Source: Candidatus Heimdallarchaeota archaeon
GTDB lineage: Archaea > Asgardarchaeota > Heimdallarchaeia > Heimdallarchaeales > Heimdallarchaeaceae
DNA: 64,000 bases
Reading direction: 5' to 3'
Assembly: GCA_030603365.1 (NCBI GenBank)
Contig: JAUVXV010000001.1
Span: forward strand, 480,001 to 544,000
Shown here: positions 60,228-64,000 of the stretch, piece after piece
How the letters are laid out: each line of letters begins with the position of its first letter
Numbering within the stretch: position 1 is the first letter of the stretch
Notes under the pieces: model-generated
Databases searched by the model: none
Seen by the model: the letters and a program-made list of their open reading frames with translations, nothing else
What the model was told of the DNA's origin: nothing
Position numbers and translations under genes: made by a program

Positions 60228-62123
60228 TCATTTTAGAAATATGCTAAATTCAAACTCTTTAGTATCGTTAAATGCTAATACTGGTATTGTCAATTTTAAT
60301 GTTAAATCAAAATCTCGGAAATTCTTGGTTAAGTTATAGCTGATTGAATTAGGAAGTTTGATTATAACTTTAGATGACGTTTGTTTATTTGTCAGAATTA
60401 TTTTCTGATTTTTATTATCTTCAGTACTTGAGGAAAAAAGTAAGTCTTCCTTTGAAAAAACTGGTACTACATAATCTCCTAAATTAAATTTGGACAAACT
60501 ATAAAGAGAGAATTCTTCCTTTTGAACACCTCTATTCTCAAATTTATAACGAACCTTAATCTCATTAGAATTGTAATTTATTGAATAATATTTCTTAAGA
60601 ATTACATCATTAGAAGCATATACAGATAAACAAATTTCAACTCCTTTCTTTATTGTTCTTTCACTAAGTACATATCCTTCATTGAACAGGTTATATTGTC
60701 CACTATATTTTTTCGAGATGATATCATACATCAATCCATATCTTGGTTCTAAAGTTGTTTGATTTATAGCTAATTCATGTGAAGGTGTGGAAACTACAAA
60801 TTCACCATTCTGTAAGTTAATTAAATTACTAATAACTCCTCCTCGATGTTGAAAACTACACAGATAATCCCTATTTGTATATACTAACTCACCACATTCT
60901 ATAGATGCTTGTAAAGAATTGCTTGATGAATCTTCCGTACTTGAATCTAAGATGACATTTGTTGCTATATTAACCAGATTAAGATGATTGATACTTCTCC
61001 AAATCTCTACTGCTTTTAAAAAATCTATTCCTTTGATTGGTTCGCTTAATGAACTGAAACATATATTGTGTTGAGCTGTTGCTAAGAAGTATTTGGAATA
61101 TTTCAATAAATTGTTAATCTTAATTTTCGAAGTTCCATCGATTTTTTCCAAACTACTTTTGAGTAAAGCAATATTCCTCGATGCTTCCTCAAAATTTTTC
61201 TGTAGTTCTTGGCAACATGTGGATGAGTCTTTAGAAACCCCAGATTCAGAAGATATAGCAAGTTCATAAGGTAATGAGTATTTCAGCTCAACTTCCTCTA
61301 TATCAAAAACGTCTATTATTTCAGAAGGTTTTATGAATACACACTTTGCTTTTGAAAGTTGTTTGCTTTCGTTAAAATAATTATCTATATCAAAATCAGA
61401 ACGAAAACGGGGGAACTTAAGGTCATTAAAATCGAAAGTTAAAATACCATAAAGGTCAATTCCCTGTTTTTCTGATATTATTGCACCTTCTTGTATTGTT
61501 TCTAATAAACTGTCAAGTGCTCCTGATTTCAAATACTCTGAATATAGCTCAGGGAACATTCTATATACAGAATGTAAATTGAATGATGGTAGAACATATA
61601 AGTCTCTATCTTTGATTTTAAATGGTTTGGAAAACTTCGGGTCAATACTTCCAATTGGTGTTCTTGAAAGAGCTTTATCTAGTATATACCAATCTAGAAT
61701 AATATATGTTATTTCTTCATCAACTAAATATTTGAACATTCGATTGTCACAGACACTAAATGGAGGATAGAACCCTTTGATATAATTTTCAGGATAAATG
61801 TCTTTCAAAATTCTAATAGCCTCTTGAACCTGAAAAGCTATTGCGTTTTCTTCTTTATCTTCTTCGAATGGAACAAAATTTGAATACATCGATGAAGATA
61901 GCTCTATTTGATCCGTTAAACATAGCTTGGAAATGTCTTTGATAATTGAAGTATTTTCCCAGATAACAGATTGTAGGAAAAGAGAATTTAGTGAAATTGT
62001 ACCTTTGAAATTTGGTTCAGATGTGAACCATTCTACTACTTGTCTATATCTCTCAATATGGTCATTTGTGATTGATCCCGTAAACCGAGATAAATTATAA
62101 TGCGCTGACAAGTAGACAGTCAT
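60228..62123 (-). CDS. GH57-like fold protein, apparently catalytically degenerate
   Basis: SAHYN (cf. HxHQP), ERYRQVV, TISLNS, QIELSSSMYSN, KGFYPPF (cf. GxWxPE), ITYIILD; C-terminal beta-supersandwich-like region. Confidence 0.65.
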   Translation of the reverse strand: MTVYLSAHYNLSRFTGSITNDHIERYRQVVEWFTSEPNFKGTISLNSLFLQSVIWENTSIIKDISKLCLTDQIELSSSMYSNFVPFEEDKEENAIAFQVQEAIRILKDIYPENYIKGFYPPFSVCDNRMFKYLVDEEITYIILDWYILDKALSRTPIGSIDPKFSKPFKIKDRDLYVLPSFNLHSVYRMFPELYSEYLKSGALDSLLETIQEGAIISEKQGIDLYGILTFDFNDLKFPRFRSDFDIDNYFNESKQLSKAKCVFIKPSEIIDVFDIEEVELKYSLPYELAISSESGVSKDSSTCCQELQKNFEEASRNIALLKSSLEKIDGTSKIKINNLLKYSKYFLATAQHNICFSSLSEPIKGIDFLKAVEIWRSINHLNLVNIATNVILDSSTEDSSSNSLQASIECGELVYTNRDYLCSFQHRGGVISNLINLQNGEFVVSTPSHELAINQTTLEPRYGLMYDIISKKYSGQYNLFNEGYVLSERTIKKGVEICLSVYASNDVILKKYYSINYNSNEIKVRYKFENRGVQKEEFSLYSLSKFNLGDYVVPVFSKEDLLFSSSTEDNKNQKIILTNKQTSSKVIIKLPNSISYNLTKNFRDFDLTLKLTIPVLAFNDTKEFEFSIFLK

Positions 62124-62314
62124 CGCTATACGATTGGGTAGATTACTTAAAATGTTTTTCTGTAAAATTATGAAATTAATGAAATAAAAAACCAAATAAC
62201 ATATTAAACAAAAGTTTCCTTATATCTAAAATTCTGTGATTAGAGCGCTTCTATCGTAGTTTATTTAGCTAGCTTTAAATAAGCTCATGCTCAAAAGAAA
62301 TTAGAGTGAATATT

Positions 62315-63268
62315 ATGAGTGAAGAACGCTGTCCAAATTGTAACTCCAACGAAATAATCGATGATTATAAACGTGGAGAATCTATCTGTAGCAATTGTGG
62401 GCTAGTGGTCTCTAAATTGATAGATACTTCTCCAGAATGGAGAGCATTCACCGGGGAGGAGAAAGCAAATAGAAGCAGAACAGGTTCTCCTGTTTCAGCA
62501 TTGAAATCTGACTATGGTATTTCATCTCAAATAGGTTTTGGTAACATAGATATCTTTGGGAAGAAACTTGATCCTAATGTAATGGCAAAAATGCGAAGAT
62601 TGCGTTGGTTAAATAGAAGAGATTCTCGATCTCAAATCAGAAACTTGCGTATCGCACTTCGTGAATTAAAAAGGATTGTGAGCCAATTAGAACTAAGTGA
62701 TGAAATAGCTAAAGCAGCAGCAACTACATATAGAAAAGCTCTGAAAGCTGACCTTATCAGAGGAAGAAGTATTGAATCTATGGTAGCTGCAGCAATTTAC
62801 ATAGCTGCAAGACAATATAATAATCCTACTACTTTGAAAGATATAGAGAAGCATATCAAAGCTGATAGAAAAGTAATCGCAAGATGTTTTAGATTATATG
62901 TTCAAGAATTGAACATAAAACCAACTCCAATTGATCCTGCAGTTTTACTGACTAAATTATGTAGTGAACTAGAATTGACTACTGCAACACAGAATGAAGC
63001 ACTTAAAATTCTTGAAGAAAGCAAATCTCGAAGACTAGATATGGGTAAAAACCCTTTGAGTGTAGCAGCAGCTGCAATCTATATAGCAGGTATAAGAACT
63101 GGAGAAAGACGAACACAACAACAAGTAGCTAAAGTAGCAAAGACAACTCCTGTAACACTGAGAAACAGGTTCAGAGAAATTGTTGATTCTTTGGAGTTAG
63201 CAAATGTCATTGTTAAGAGAGGTGCTGCAAGCGCTCCTGTTTATGTTCGTGATCCTTGGAAATTCTAA
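62315..63268 (+). CDS. tfb: Transcription initiation factor IIB
   Basis: CPNC..CSNCGLV Zn ribbon, IDTSPEWRAF, RTGSP, LIRGRSIE, GKNP..AAAAIYIA, RTQ..VA, TLRNR. Confidence 0.97.
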   Translation: MSEERCPNCNSNEIIDDYKRGESICSNCGLVVSKLIDTSPEWRAFTGEEKANRSRTGSPVSALKSDYGISSQIGFGNIDIFGKKLDPNVMAKMRRLRWLNRRDSRSQIRNLRIALRELKRIVSQLELSDEIAKAAATTYRKALKADLIRGRSIESMVAAAIYIAARQYNNPTTLKDIEKHIKADRKVIARCFRLYVQELNIKPTPIDPAVLLTKLCSELELTTATQNEALKILEESKSRRLDMGKNPLSVAAAAIYIAGIRTGERRTQQQVAKVAKTTPVTLRNRFREIVDSLELANVIVKRGAASAPVYVRDPWKF

Positions 63269-63365
63269 CGCCTCTGATTTTTCTTTTTAGTATTACCCTA
63301 ATGTTATTGCTGTATTAATCTGCTTTTAAGAATACTGTACATTTTTGATATTGGGTGTAATACTA

Positions 63366-63719
63366 ATGGGTATTAGGAAAAAGGTTTCACGAAATACCAC
63401 AAATAAAGTAGAGGATACTCCTGAAATAAAGAATACTCCTGGAGTAAAGTTCTATTCCTTAATTGATATTGTAAAAACAGATCGCATAATGTCTGAAGTT
63501 AAAGAAGGAAATTTGATATTCCTTAATCTAAGTAGAATTTCTGCATATCCTGAAAGGAAAAGTGAATTTTTACAGTCATTGAAGGAAACATCTGCTCAAC
63601 TAAATGCAACACTGAAAATGGTTTCAGAAGAAACATTGATGGTTGCTCCACAGTCTGTACCTATTGAGATTCGTTCATTATCTCCATCTATGCTAAAAGG
63701 AAAAAAGATGGAAGACTAA
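63366..63719 (+). CDS. sepF: SepF-like cell division protein
   Basis: ..RIMSEVKEGNLIFLNLS..FLQSLK....LNATLKMVSEETLMVAPQSV. Confidence 0.7.
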   Translation: MGIRKKVSRNTTNKVEDTPEIKNTPGVKFYSLIDIVKTDRIMSEVKEGNLIFLNLSRISAYPERKSEFLQSLKETSAQLNATLKMVSEETLMVAPQSVPIEIRSLSPSMLKGKKMED

Positions 63720-63759
63720 GAGACCAAGACATATTGTGTCGAACATAGGTATATTGATT

Positions 63760-64000
63760 TTAAGATATGTTGGATTCAATAATTTGATGAATATTTGACA
63801 TAACGTCACTTACCTTCTCTAAGTTAGGTCCTCCACCTAAAGCTAAATCACCTTTGCCTCCACCAGATCCTCCAACTATGAGTGATAGTTCTTTTACCAT
63901 TTCAACAATATTTGCCTTTGATTGAGGACTTTTGCAGCCTACTATTGTAACTTTATTGTCATCTGAAGAAATAAGAATGCAAATTCCATCTTCGAAATTC
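63760..64000 (-). CDS. alaS: 3' end of alanyl-tRNA synthetase (DHHA1 domain), runs off the window
   Basis: Manual translation ...MVKELSLIVGGSGGGKGDLALGGGPN...SNIS*; not in the ORF track. Confidence 0.8.
   Translation of the reverse strand, partial: NFEDGICILISSDDNKVTIVGCKSPQSKANIVEMVKELSLIVGGSGGGKGDLALGGGPNLEKVSDVMSNIHQIIESNIS

Noticed and set aside
752-61770. Many short ORFs in the track antisense to or nested in long genes (e.g. 752-949, 4682-4939, 9604-9825, 21250-21606, 22940-23266, 38196-38606, 54842-55135)
   Set aside because: Shadow ORFs overlapping well-supported genes; no motifs of their own.

Overview
AT-rich archaeal chromosomal segment, very probably from an Asgard archaeon (Heimdallarchaeia-like; inferred). 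The evidence is archaeal housekeeping genes (pheS/pheT, kae1, bud32, TFB, proteasome alpha/beta, SepF, tRNA-Arg(GCG), archaeal RNase P RNA, 3' end of alaS) mixed with many eukaryotic-signature-type proteins (longin-like, roadblock-like, JAMM/MPN, RING, PCI-type winged helices, TPR). No CRISPR array, rRNA or prophage was seen. One decayed IS200/IS605-type element is present at about 6.5-7.0 kb: a tnpB 3' fragment plus a hairpin-rich omegaRNA-like tail. Most notable candidates for undescribed biology: (1) a single-pass receptor-like protein with a sequon-rich ectodomain and a cytoplasmic Regnase/NYN RNase domain (11.1-12.9 kb, IRE1-like logic); (2) a 39.7-46.7 kb cluster with three paralogous roadblock-like proteins, a 2-TM Zn-ribbon protein, an acidic disordered protein, an atypical kinase and a tail-anchored Rpn11-like JAMM protease; (3) a protein with about 8 PCI-type winged helices plus a RING finger; (4) a 1669-aa surface protein with a cytoplasmic longin+winged-helix module that also occurs as a soluble protein next to a membrane M48 protease; (5) a PIP-box microprotein behind a proteasome beta-alpha operon. 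All family assignments are by eye from motifs; no database search was run.
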